Source: a bacterium (GTDB lineage Bacteria; Patescibacteriota; Patescibacteriia; Patescibacteriales; UBA12465). From it: a stretch of 64,000 nt of DNA. The notes below the pieces were generated by a model. It worked only from the letters and a program-made list of their open reading frames with translations. It had not been told where the DNA came from and searched no databases. Both the position numbers and the translations under genes were made by a program. Within the stretch, counting starts at the first letter, position 1; each line of letters starts with the position of its first letter. Location of the stretch: NCBI GenBank assembly GCA_030696105.1, contig JAUYNJ010000004.1, positions 77,872 to 141,871 of the forward strand, in the 5' to 3' direction. Positions 10,393 through 19,763 of the stretch are shown in pieces.

Positions 10393-11025
10393 TTAATTAT
10401 TTTTTATGAATGCAACCTTGAATCGTGAGTTGAAAATATTCCACATACCAAACAAGAAGAAACTGGCTCCAATTTTTTCCATCGCCTCCTCAAGCACAAT
10501 TGTAGCCTGATAAACATCATGGTGCGAACGAATAATCATTCCACCAATATATTCAAACGCAATAACTAAAGCAAAACAAATAATACCGACTAAAATATAT
10601 GGAAACGACTTCGTCTTACGTTGTGAATAAAGGAGATATATTAGCAACACCAATACTCCGATAATAATTGGACTTAAATAAACAACCCACATGAAACTTG
10701 CTTGTTCAAAAAAGTTATAGTTATCGAATAAACCTAAGAAATAAATACCGAGGTTCTCGTGTAGCTCAGAAATCTCATCAAAAGCCAAAATTACAAAAAA
10801 CATACTAACGAGCAACCAGAGCCACTTTTCTTTTGCTTTTGAAAGCAGCGCAAAAATTGTAAATGACAAGCCGGCAATAAAGACGAGCTTTAAGCCGCTA
10901 TAATAAGCTGGGATAGTCCGCTCATTATCGAGATTTAAGATGTAGTATTGATCGCCCCACAGTAGATGCGCCCCGACTAGAATCAAATCCAAAATGAGCA
11001 AGCGATATAACCATTTCCTATTCAT
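10393..11025 (-). CDS. Multi-TM hypothetical membrane protein
   Basis: About 6 TM helices; DE.SELHE and EEAMEK motifs. Confidence 0.75.
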   Translation of the reverse strand: MNRKWLYRLLILDLILVGAHLLWGDQYYILNLDNERTIPAYYSGLKLVFIAGLSFTIFALLSKAKEKWLWLLVSMFFVILAFDEISELHENLGIYFLGLFDNYNFFEQASFMWVVYLSPIIIGVLVLLIYLLYSQRKTKSFPYILVGIICFALVIAFEYIGGMIIRSHHDVYQATIVLEEAMEKIGASFFLFGMWNIFNSRFKVAFIKNN

Positions 11026-11030
11026 AATAT

Positions 11031-11501
11031 CTAGTTAATACCATTAAAATAATCCATGCTTGTCACGGCCTGTGCGCTGATATCTGGCACGCATCCGCCA
11101 AAGACGCTCTCATATGCGCAAGTGTTGCTTGTGATGCGACCATAAACAAATACTTCCTTGCCCATTTCTTCGACATACAAACCATCAGCGCTAACATAGA
11201 AAAGCTCTCCTGTTTCTTGTGATCTAATGCCAATATCTTCACCGCCCGCGAAGGAAGCGATAACTTCGCCGCGGACTGATGTTGGAATAGGTACCGGTAA
11301 TTCCCTTTCACGCTCGTCATTGAGCATCAACTCTTGATAGGTGCTCGATACTACGGTCGCCTGAGCGCCTTCAATCACAATGAGGTCATAGCTAATTCTA
11401 ATTAAGAAAAAGGCGGACAATACTAGAGCAGATAGAGAGAGGTAAAAATACATCGGTGAAACCTTCTTCCTAAACAAAGGCTTTGCTTTATATTTTTTCA
11501 T
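11031..11501 (-). CDS. Membrane-anchored hypothetical protein
   Basis: Single TM; C-terminal TCAY..FGGCVP. Confidence 0.7.
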   Translation of the reverse strand: MKKYKAKPLFRKKVSPMYFYLSLSALVLSAFFLIRISYDLIVIEGAQATVVSSTYQELMLNDERERELPVPIPTSVRGEVIASFAGGEDIGIRSQETGELFYVSADGLYVEEMGKEVFVYGRITSNTCAYESVFGGCVPDISAQAVTSMDYFNGIN

Positions 11502-11624
11502 ATTGAGTATAAATTTTTATTACTCTAGTATAGCATTTTTATCGTCAAATATTAATATTAAGTAATTATGAGCTAATAATTAATTAATTTTTGTATGTTG
11601 CTATGCTAAATCGGCTCTACAAAT

Positions 11625-11907
11625 AAAAAAGCCATTGAGACTTTAGTAAAATGTTTGGCGCTAAGCTGCTTCCAAGCCTGCTCATTTTACGGTCTCAATG
11701 GCTATAACTGATTCTTTAGTTGAACCGATCAAGCTTGTCTAAAGAATCAGCTTCTATAAAGCACACAGCAATATCTAGAGTTATCTTTACATGGACCTTT
11801 CGTCCACCCTAAATTTTGTCTCCTCGTTCGTCACTACTAAGACTACTGTATTCTTTATAGGGCCACCTCCTTTTTGCGATGGGTTCGGCCAACTAACCAC
11901 CACGGAT
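11625..11907 (-). ncRNA. Candidate structured ncRNA of unknown family
   Basis: Own TTGACT-17-TAATAT promoter, four helical domains with minus-strand G-U pairs, ends in hairpin plus U6; no canonical ORF. Confidence 0.6.
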
Positions 11908-11972
11908 ACTTTTATATTAGTTAATGTGATGTAAAAAGTCAATAAATATTAGTTTTTAGACTTCTCACTCCT

Positions 11973-13163
11973 CTAGATATTCCTCCCTAAAATGACATAT
12001 TTCTCCCCTGCCCACTCAGTAAAAATCAGAGTGTGCTGCCCGCCCTCCTTGAGTTTTAGGGTTTTCCGCAAATCTTCAGGATTTATGCCGAAATGACGGG
12101 CGACAATGTGAGCTCTATCGAGCGCCTTCCTTTTTATCAGCTCCTTCGTTTTACTCATTGAAAAAGCGCTATACTCAAGAACCTCAAAGGTACGAAATAC
12201 TTTCGGCGGATAATTAATCAACTCATGGGCAGTCATCAGCTCATTTTGATGCGATATCCGATGAAGTTTAAAACGTGACGCCACCTCATCGCTAAGTTCA
12301 GCCTTGATAATTGCTTTATTGGGGATATAGATATACTTATTTAGGGCCGCTGCTGTTTCCGCTCTATTCTTTCCTCTGTCTCCCGTATAAGTTACCTCGG
12401 TATCACCATCAATTATGGTAGCGCGACGAGCCACGCCCCTAAACTGTCCAAACCATAAGAAAGCGCCCTTATTAACATTATCTTCTGAAATTATTTCTAT
12501 TTCCGGATTGCCTGGCAATTTGAGAATCTCCTCGTAATCAAAAGCTGGTGATATTTTGAGACAGATATTTTCAGTAACTTTTAACATCTGCGGCAGCAGC
12601 TCAACAATGTTTGGCTGGCTATTATAAATTGATCGGGTTTTTGTCTGCCCATCCCGAATTCGTTGCGGGTCGATGATAAAGGCTTCAGTGTTATTCAAAT
12701 TATCTTCCGCAAGTCCGTGAATAAATTCAATGCTTGCCGAAACACCGTAGCGTTCGGCGTTATGTCGCGCACAGCTTAAATGAACTTCGTCTATATCAAC
12801 TGCTCGCACTTTTAAATACTTCGCGAGAAAAATTGCACTCCCTCCCACGCCACAGGTCAAATCAGTTACGGTTCCATCTTTAATTAGCTCTTTAATGCGA
12901 CGGGCAACATAGCTTGAAATACGCTCGCCGCTTGCCTGCTCTAAGCCATCATCGGTAAAAAACATTTCCTGACTTTTCACAAACTTCCCTTGCGCCTGAC
13001 TTCTTAATTTAAGCAGAGTAACAATTTCCGAAAAAAACGGCACTTTCTTTTTAGATAACTTAAAAGCCAGGGAGGGCAAGTCCTTGATACCAACATTCTT
13101 ATATTCTTCGAGTATCTTTCTTCCCTCCTCAGAGGTCAGAAATTCTAGTGCTTTTATTGTCAT
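11973..13163 (-). CDS. Class I SAM-dependent methyltransferase with THUMP-like C-terminal domain
   Basis: LEQAS, DLTCGVG, DPQR and KISPAFD motifs; start moved to MTIKAL. Confidence 0.85.
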   Translation of the reverse strand: MTIKALEFLTSEEGRKILEEYKNVGIKDLPSLAFKLSKKKVPFFSEIVTLLKLRSQAQGKFVKSQEMFFTDDGLEQASGERISSYVARRIKELIKDGTVTDLTCGVGGSAIFLAKYLKVRAVDIDEVHLSCARHNAERYGVSASIEFIHGLAEDNLNNTEAFIIDPQRIRDGQTKTRSIYNSQPNIVELLPQMLKVTENICLKISPAFDYEEILKLPGNPEIEIISEDNVNKGAFLWFGQFRGVARRATIIDGDTEVTYTGDRGKNRAETAAALNKYIYIPNKAIIKAELSDEVASRFKLHRISHQNELMTAHELINYPPKVFRTFEVLEYSAFSMSKTKELIKRKALDRAHIVARHFGINPEDLRKTLKLKEGGQHTLIFTEWAGEKYVILGRNI

Positions 13164-13171
13164 ACCGCACT

Positions 13172-13555
13172 TTAACCCGCAAAATATGCATAAACTGCAT
13201 AAATGATAGCGAGGAAGGAAAAGAAGAAAATGGCAATATAATTCCACTTTGCTAAACTCGTCGTCAGGCTTTTGAGGATGTATATTAAGGCCTCACGCTC
13301 CTCGGAGTTAAGTGGCTGTTGATTAGCAATTTTGTTGGTTAAGTTTAAATCTTCAATTAATTTGTCACGGCGACGCTCAACTTGCCAGCGATGAGCAAAG
13401 TACCAAATAAAGCCGAGTGTACCGATGTACCACAAAACCTCAACCCAGAAGGCGCTGTAATGATTTACGACGATCACCAGGCGATAGGAGATGGTGGCAA
13501 TAACCCCGACTGAGAAAATAAGGATGCGATACCAATGTTTACTTAAATGAGTCAT
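13172..13555 (-). CDS. Hypothetical membrane protein
   Basis: 3 TM segments; WYIGTLGFIWYFAHR. Confidence 0.75.
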   Translation of the reverse strand: MTHLSKHWYRILIFSVGVIATISYRLVIVVNHYSAFWVEVLWYIGTLGFIWYFAHRWQVERRRDKLIEDLNLTNKIANQQPLNSEEREALIYILKSLTTSLAKWNYIAIFFFSFLAIIYAVYAYFAG

Positions 13556-13722
13556 AGAAATTATTAATATAAAAAGCTTGCTACCATATGTATATACTAA
13601 TTATAGCTTAAATTAAACAATACATGAATATGAGGCTCACTATATTAAAAGTTCAGAATTTGCTTAAGCCCAAAATAACGTCTCTTATGCTATTTGGAGT
13701 TCTGTGACTGTTTAGAGAAAAG

Positions 13723-14694
13723 CTACAAATCCCACTTAAACCCGTTACCAAAACTTCCCCAGGCTGCAACTTGCTCGTATTGCGGTTTTTTGAGATCAAG
13801 GAAACGGGCAATGCCTGTCGGTGTTAAATCATAACCGACAACATCTAGCTCTTCTTTGGAGCCATTGATATGTGTTATTTCAGCGGTCACCATCAGGGGC
13901 TCGGAAATACCAATTGCATAAGCCAGCTTAACTATAACTTCCTTTGCTTGATATTTTTTCAACAAATCAACAGCAATTTTTCTTGCCATATAAGCACCAG
14001 AGCGATCAACCTTACTTGCGTCCTTGCCGGAAAAGGCTCCGCCCCCAATAGGAATTTGAGGGCCATAGTTATCACAAGCTAGTTTGCGCCCGGTAAGGCC
14101 CGTATCGGCCGCGAATCCACCCTGGTTCCAGTCTCCAGCTGGATTTGCATAAATTTTCATGTCGTCACTTATTTTCATTTGATCCCGCCAGTCGCTTATC
14201 AGTCCAAGCAACTTGTCACGCGATAATCCACAAAAACTGGCGACCAAGGCCGTGACCTGTTCTCCTTTAGTCGTTATTTGAACTTTACCATCGCTTGCAT
14301 GCGCAGCGTAGATAAAACGACACAAACTACGCGCCAAGTATAATTCTCTTGGTATTAAATCTATATTTTCATTACAAGCATAGCCCACCATAATACCTTG
14401 ATCGCCAGCGCCACCGCCGTCCACGCCCCGCGCTATTTCTGTGCTCTGTCTGCTTATATTTGCTTGAACACCATAACTATCACCAATTACGGCTCTCACG
14501 ATGCTTTGAATATCAATTTCAGCATTACTGCTAAGTTCGCCTGTAACTGTGATGAGATTATGACCGCCCATGGTTTCCATGGCCACGCGACTGTTTTCAT
14601 CTTGTTTTAAGCAAGCATCTAAAATAGCATCGCTAATGCGGTCACAAATTTTATCCGGATGCATAGGTGTAATCGATTCGGCTGTTTTGTACAT
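13723..14694 (-). CDS. metK: S-adenosylmethionine synthetase (short form)
   Basis: ES.TPMHPDKICD, GAGDQG and GGGAFSGKD..KVDRS signatures. Confidence 0.95.
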   Translation of the reverse strand: MYKTAESITPMHPDKICDRISDAILDACLKQDENSRVAMETMGGHNLITVTGELSSNAEIDIQSIVRAVIGDSYGVQANISRQSTEIARGVDGGGAGDQGIMVGYACNENIDLIPRELYLARSLCRFIYAAHASDGKVQITTKGEQVTALVASFCGLSRDKLLGLISDWRDQMKISDDMKIYANPAGDWNQGGFAADTGLTGRKLACDNYGPQIPIGGGAFSGKDASKVDRSGAYMARKIAVDLLKKYQAKEVIVKLAYAIGISEPLMVTAEITHINGSKEELDVVGYDLTPTGIARFLDLKKPQYEQVAAWGSFGNGFKWDL

Positions 14695-14712
14695 ATAATT
14701 ATAATTATTAAT

Positions 14713-14746
14713 AAAAAAGCTCTTCCCCGAGAAAGGAAAGAGTTTT
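14713..14746 (-). terminator. Riboswitch expression-platform terminator
   Basis: ACTCTTTCC..GGGAAGAGC followed by U6, between the aptamer and the metK ATG. Confidence 0.8.
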
Positions 14747-14765
14747 TATTATGGAAAATAAAAAA

Positions 14766-14880
14766 TCGACCTTCATCTTTCCCTTAATCGGGCTAGACTT
14801 AGCACCTTCCGGATGGATTATTCCGGGGTTGCTGGCAGGTCACAGGGCTAGTTCCCTCGCTGCGCTCTTTATAAAATGAT
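14766..14880 (-). ncRNA. SAM-I (S-box) riboswitch
   Basis: Minus strand UUAUAAAGAG..GAGGGA.CUAGCCC.GUGAC..GCAACC..GGUGCUAA..GAAAGAUGAAG, directly upstream of metK. Confidence 0.9.
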
Positions 14881-15002
14881 TCTTTAATTGTGAACTTATT
14901 ATAGCATGAATTAAAAATAATAAAAGTTATGCAATCACTACATTTGGTAAATAAAAAACCCTACACCTCTTGGTAATAGGGCTTACATATCTTTTTCTTG
15001 AG

Positions 15003-15302
15003 CTACTTTTCAAGAAATAGATATATGGACTTTTCTTCCTGTGGGAGCTTCCCTGGCTCAATTTCCCCAACAGGGAAAAACTGATGATCTAGAATGGGGG
15101 CTCTTTCATAAGAAAGAGTGAGCCTCTTCGTGCAAATCGGAGACCCAACGAGGGCTGGCCCAATGATGAAGCGCCACTCCCCGTTCCGCTCAAATTCATG
15201 TTTTGGAACAAAGGCTTGAGTGCTTTGTTCACAAGAAACAGTGACCGTACAAGGTATTGTTGCCGGCCGTTGCACCTCCTTTACTTTCCACTTGCCTGAC
15301 AT
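15003..15302 (-). CDS. Orphan hypothetical protein
   Basis: AGGAGG RBS, own promoter and terminator. Confidence 0.7.
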   Translation of the reverse strand: MSGKWKVKEVQRPATIPCTVTVSCEQSTQAFVPKHEFERNGEWRFIIGPALVGSPICTKRLTLSYERAPILDHQFFPVGEIEPGKLPQEEKSIYLFLEK

Positions 15303-15447
15303 GTTTCCTCCTTTTTTTGTGTTAATGTGTATTTAGATAATAATCTAAAATACCATATTTTCGACAATTAATCAATGTTTAGGGGAGCGGATATATAAAA
15401 CCCTTGAATTTATTGATTCAAGGGTTGTGGGTCTTTCAGGGAGCTTT

Positions 15448-15828
15448 TTAATTTAAAGCTTTTTGCGTGATATCCTTCAAGTATTTATCTGGATGAAGGA
15501 AAAAATCAATTAGCGCATTCTTTATCGGCTTCATCCCGCAATCAGTGCGATTTAGGGGAGCCAGCACTCCATAGTGAGTGGTGGCGAATTTCAGCTTACC
15601 GTTAACCTCAGCAATCTCTAGAGTTGGGTTAACGTCGCCCCCGCACCATCTTTGTAAATTAAACATTTTGATGCCACCGTCGTAGTCATTAGCCTGACAA
15701 TTTTTGAAATGACCTAGGATGGCTTGTTTAATTTCAGGCCTGGAATCGAGGAATTGGCTTAAAAAATCATTTAGCCAGGTGACCTGTTGGTCCAGGTTTT
15801 TTTCTTCAAACTTTTCCTTTGTTTTCAT
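15448..15828 (-). CDS. Orphan hypothetical protein
   Basis: GGAGG RBS before MKTKEK; TTGACA-17-TATATT promoter. Confidence 0.7.
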   Translation of the reverse strand: MKTKEKFEEKNLDQQVTWLNDFLSQFLDSRPEIKQAILGHFKNCQANDYDGGIKMFNLQRWCGGDVNPTLEIAEVNGKLKFATTHYGVLAPLNRTDCGMKPIKNALIDFFLHPDKYLKDITQKALN

Positions 15829-15995
15829 TGTTAAGCCTCCATTTTTGTTGTTGTTTAAGATAATGAAAAAATATAACACTGGGGATTGTTTTTGTCAATT
15901 GTGGACACCTAATGTTCAGTTAGTAAGCGCAACATGCACAATTTTCTCAATATAAAAAGGCCCGAAATAGGCCTTAATGCTTATCCTATTTAACC

Positions 15996-17105
15996 CTATT
16001 CCCTATTTTCAAACAGTAAAATAGTTTCTTTGAGCTTTGCTTCAGTCGCACATTTGCTCGCTAATACATTATTAAGGGCCACTTCGGGAATATGCATTAA
16101 AGATTTGCCGAGAGCATTTTCTGTAAAGTACATTTTTATGAAATTGCTTTCTTCAAGTAACATCGACTGGCTTTGAACCGTTTTCACCTCGGCGCAATTC
16201 TTCCCCGCTTCGATAGATAAATTATTATAGAAATCAAAATAGTAGCTCTGGGTAAGATTTTGTTTATAATAAAATTTATTCTTTAACAAGATTTTCGATA
16301 CGAGTCCAAATTGATTGTATCTATCGTTATGAACATTAGCTAAAGCTTCTTTAGTGACAAGATATTCAGTTATATAGGGGGCTGAATTCCCTGTTGCTTG
16401 TAGGCTCTCCAATTTTAATTTATACTCTGCCAAAAGCCTTGAGTCAGATGGAATTTTCGAAATGACTTTTTGTAATACATCTAGGCCGGTATTCTTTATC
16501 GCGATGCCGACTAAGTGCGTAATTACTAAGCCTTGTGAATTTTCAATCGCATTACCAACAATAATTGATTTAAAAGCCTCATCTAGCGCTTCTTCGCTTC
16601 TACCACTACTTGCGAGCCAGATTGCCTTAACACCGCTAAGGCGACTTGTTTCCCGCCAACTATTGAGAGGAGTGACCGGCATGTCTAAAGATATCTTCGA
16701 TTGATCATCCGCATCAGGCAACTGAAAAAGACCCTTAGCGGCAGCGTCGGTAAAATGTTGCAGGGCGACTTCATTATCAGCCAATAGTTGCTCTACAGCC
16801 TCTTCGTCCCACTCAGCGCTTGTTAAGTAATCAGATACGAGTTGCTTGCCCTTCGGTACACTATTTGTATTAATTATGTCACGTGTTTTCTCTAAATCAT
16901 AAAACGAGTTATCTTCTACCGGAATGTTAATTGTTTGCAGTTGGAGCTTAGAATCGTCGACTGGAGCAATGTCCCTCCCTTTAATAATGCTTAAAGTGAA
17001 AGGGATGACGAGAACAACAATTACTAACAATACGAAAGCCAAGCCCAAAAACTTAAACGCGCCGCTAGTTATTTGAGCGGCGACTGTCTTATTAATTTTT
17101 TTCAT
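15996..17105 (-). CDS. Membrane-anchored helical hypothetical protein
   Basis: N-terminal TM; start at MKKINK. Confidence 0.75.
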   Translation of the reverse strand: MKKINKTVAAQITSGAFKFLGLAFVLLVIVVLVIPFTLSIIKGRDIAPVDDSKLQLQTINIPVEDNSFYDLEKTRDIINTNSVPKGKQLVSDYLTSAEWDEEAVEQLLADNEVALQHFTDAAAKGLFQLPDADDQSKISLDMPVTPLNSWRETSRLSGVKAIWLASSGRSEEALDEAFKSIIVGNAIENSQGLVITHLVGIAIKNTGLDVLQKVISKIPSDSRLLAEYKLKLESLQATGNSAPYITEYLVTKEALANVHNDRYNQFGLVSKILLKNKFYYKQNLTQSYYFDFYNNLSIEAGKNCAEVKTVQSQSMLLEESNFIKMYFTENALGKSLMHIPEVALNNVLASKCATEAKLKETILLFENRE

Positions 17106-17251
17106 AATATTAATATTTGATAATATATTAAATATTATATCAAACATTTTGTAGGCTTAATAGAAATGACGCCATAAGCGAAAAACAAAAGCGACTATTA
17201 TTCATAGCCGGCTTTATCAAATATTCAAATTAAAAACTATATATAATGCGA

Positions 17252-17617
17252 TTAATTGCTGTTAAAAAATTTCTGCAATCTTTGTTTCAGGCTTGAGGAC
17301 TTCGTTTCTTGGCGAGGTTTACTTACTTTGCCAAGGGATGCAAAGATATCCTCAGCGGACCCATTGCTCTTCTCATAATCCGCCTTAATACTAGCAAGAA
17401 TTGCATCGCTTTCTTCCTTTGATTTTTTCTTATCGGCTGCGATGCTTGCAAGAACATTGTCGCTCTCTATTTTTGACTGCCGTTGCGCTGCCTCAACATC
17501 TGATGAAATACTTTCAAAAACTCCGGCGCTGTCATTATTTGATTCTATCTGATCAGCTTTAATGTCTGCAAATAATTCCTTGCTATCATTATTAATTGAA
17601 GGATTCTCCTTGTTCAT
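17252..17617 (-). CDS. Hypothetical protein with ~18-aa internal repeats
   Basis: Repeated S..[VI][FL]ASI.AD...S units. Confidence 0.7.
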   Translation of the reverse strand: MNKENPSINNDSKELFADIKADQIESNNDSAGVFESISSDVEAAQRQSKIESDNVLASIAADKKKSKEESDAILASIKADYEKSNGSAEDIFASLGKVSKPRQETKSSSLKQRLQKFFNSN

Positions 17618-17710
17618 AAAAGTATTAAACTTATTTATTAAACCAACAAGATTATTATAACACAAAATTGGATATTTAGCAAGTAGAGCTAACGTTGATT
17701 AATGTTTTGA

Positions 17711-18262
17711 CTAACCATGACAGCCTAGTATTAAAGCAAAGCTGTTGGTAGAATATTGTTTAAGCATTTCTTTAAAATCTTTTGTCCACTTAATATAGTC
17801 TTTATAATTGGGACTGGACACATCTACATGCATGAAGCCTGTTGGCGGCTGAATTAATTTTAACTCAGGCGTCACAATAGCGTGCGGAAATCTATCATAT
17901 CCGTCAACAGCATTTACTAAATCATCGGTCAGCATTAAATCAAAGATATCATAATCATCGAAGAAATTAAGTTGCTTTAAGGGTTTATCAATTTTTCTCT
18001 GGCATTGCTCCACTAAAGCTTCTTTATAAACGTATGAAAGTTGATAAATTCCCTTCTCATCAACCCCGGTCTCAGTTTGATTTATTTCGGCAAGTTTTTC
18101 GGCAAGCGCTTTATCATCGTGCGGGTCCATATCAAACAATAAAGAAAAATTATTCTTCATTTCGGCTGATAAATATTCCTTTCCTTTGTCATTGATTTTC
18201 TTTCTGATATTATCAAGCACTGCTGTATCTGATTTCATAATGACAATAGCGGTAAATTTCAT
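17711..18262 (-). CDS. Hypothetical protein
   Basis: 183-aa ORF; FPHAIVTP motif and C-terminal ILGCHG. Confidence 0.7.
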   Translation of the reverse strand: MKFTAIVIMKSDTAVLDNIRKKINDKGKEYLSAEMKNNFSLLFDMDPHDDKALAEKLAEINQTETGVDEKGIYQLSYVYKEALVEQCQRKIDKPLKQLNFFDDYDIFDLMLTDDLVNAVDGYDRFPHAIVTPELKLIQPPTGFMHVDVSSPNYKDYIKWTKDFKEMLKQYSTNSFALILGCHG

Positions 18263-18321
18263 ATAGGTATTATATACAACAAAATTATCACTTATGGAGG
18301 TTTTGTGTCAAATGTTATATA

Positions 18322-18347
18322 GGTACATTCAAAACTCGAAGTGCTAC
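18322..18347. repeat. Partial third copy of the tRNA-trailer repeat
   Basis: GGTACATTCAAAACTCGAAGTGCTAC matches the left ends of the copies at 21049 and 22537. Confidence 0.7.
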
Positions 18348-18351
18348 AAAT

Positions 18352-18384
18352 AAAAAAATGACGCAACTGCAAGGCTGCGCCATT
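18352..18384 (-). terminator. Intrinsic terminator
   Basis: AATGGCGCAGC..GTTGCGTCATT followed by a U-run. Confidence 0.75.
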
Positions 18385-18734
18385 ATTCTTGTCTTATACT
18401 CCTCAGTTTTGACGTTCAACCCTTAAACTATAAAGCGGAATTGAACCACGCCTTCAAAACCCTCAGGCATAAACAAGCGAGCATTTTTTTGTGAATTACT
18501 CACAAGGAAATTGCTGGTCCTGGGTCTTGTTGACCCAACTATCGCCTGAAGACCGACGATAAGAGCCCTACTTTGAGTTTGCCCATACCTCATTTCGCTG
18601 ATTGTCTAGTGTTATTATTTTATTTATTCAGGGCAAAGATACCGCTGTATCCTTTTTTGTCTTACCTTTCTTAGGCAAGTGAGGGTAATAACACTCCGTT
18701 GGTTTTGTTTCAATCTTAAAACCAAATAAACAGA

Positions 18735-19076
18735 TTAGTTTGACTCAAAATTGGAAAAATACGCCTTTCCACAAAAAAACCTTTCAAATATACCATATTC
18801 GTAGGATTTTTTGCAGTTTGTAATGAGCCACCAGTAGCAGCTCGCTATTTTTCCGCAACAGAGCAGCTCGCCAATACTATTGGTTCTAGACCAATGTTTC
18901 GAGCACCTGATAACATACTTGCCGTTTTTATCCTCTCCATACCAGTATTCGGAGCTGATCTCTTGGTCTCGATTATAACTAGTATAATCGGCCTTTCTTT
19001 TGGGCTTTTTGCAGCCCTTAAAGCGGCATTTTGTTCCAAGATAGAAATTATCCTGGTTAATTTCTATCCATTTCAT
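18735..19076 (-). CDS. Cys/Trp-rich hypothetical protein
   Basis: SSEYWY...RCSKHW...IASCYW motif; own promoter. Confidence 0.75.
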   Translation of the reverse strand: MKWIEINQDNFYLGTKCRFKGCKKPKRKADYTSYNRDQEISSEYWYGEDKNGKYVIRCSKHWSRTNSIGELLCCGKIASCYWWLITNCKKSYEYGIFERFFCGKAYFSNFESN

Positions 19077-19336
19077 TGTTAGTTTTTTAGGGTGAACACA
19101 AAAGACTTATATACAATCTTCTCTGCTCACCCGATAAAACCAGATATCAAAGAACTAAACATTCCTTATAATATAACATATATATACTTCTTTGTCAATG
19201 CTTTATCGTTGTCCTCAAGCGCAAAGTGTGCCGGATAATATATTAATATTATTTTATCAACTAGTTCACAAACCCGACAAATTCATCATATTTAATCGGT
19301 CCTTTTACTGCTATTTTCCATGCTATAATATAAGCT

Positions 19337-19687
19337 ATGTTTCTGCATATTATTACTCAATCTGATTGGTGGATTCATCTCCTAGCAAGTCTATTACTCT
19401 GGGGGGTTTTGTATATTGTTGAAGGAAAAATTTTAGGACGGTCTTTTGGGACTTGGGCGGTTTTAGGGCAATTGCTCGCTGCTAACTTAATTGATCTTGA
19501 TCATTTATTTTCCTGGCCGATTTATCAAGCTGGGCGCTGTAGTCTGAATAATCACTTTCTTCACTCTACTTATTTATTACCAGTTTATGCCATGGGTCTA
19601 CTGACTCGTTTTCGTTATTTTTTCTTGGGAATTATAGTTCACTTTTTAATTGATTATTTGGGTTGTCTTAATTTTTGGTGGTTATAA
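19337..19687 (+). CDS. DUF6122-like membrane protein (putative metal-dependent hydrolase)
   Basis: LIDLDHL..PIY..GRCSL..HFLH...HFLID motif. Confidence 0.75.
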   Translation: MFLHIITQSDWWIHLLASLLLWGVLYIVEGKILGRSFGTWAVLGQLLAANLIDLDHLFSWPIYQAGRCSLNNHFLHSTYLLPVYAMGLLTRFRYFFLGIIVHFLIDYLGCLNFWWL

Positions 19688-19763
19688 TTATTTTCCTCCG
19701 AAGTATTCTTGTATATTTGTATTTTATTATTTGCTCGTGGCCACGGACGATGTTAGAACTAAT

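Noticed and set aside
11650..11690. SRP RNA-like CAGG...AGCAGC in the terminal hairpin of the candidate ncRNA
   Set aside because: Only 6 nt separate CAGG and AGCA, versus the 10-nt stem plus GNRA loop of SRP helix 8, so it is not called ffs without a CM search.
13630..13660. GGCTC-N16-AGAAT as a further att-like scar
   Set aside because: Weak match, outside the array and beyond metK; could be chance.
15898..15943. AATTGTG..CTAA-TGTTCAG-TTAG..CACAATT palindrome as a dif site or fourth trailer repeat
   Set aside because: Similarity to the repeat is limited to about AAG.GCAAC and there is no XerD-type TTATGTTAAAT arm.
18425..18480. tRNA gene suggested by GGTTCAATTCC
   Set aside because: No acceptor stem, anticodon arm or CCA could be built.
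18423..18593. 56-codon minus-strand ORF inside the structured trailer
   Set aside because: No RBS, atypical composition and full overlap with hairpins; an RNA reading is preferred, though not proven.
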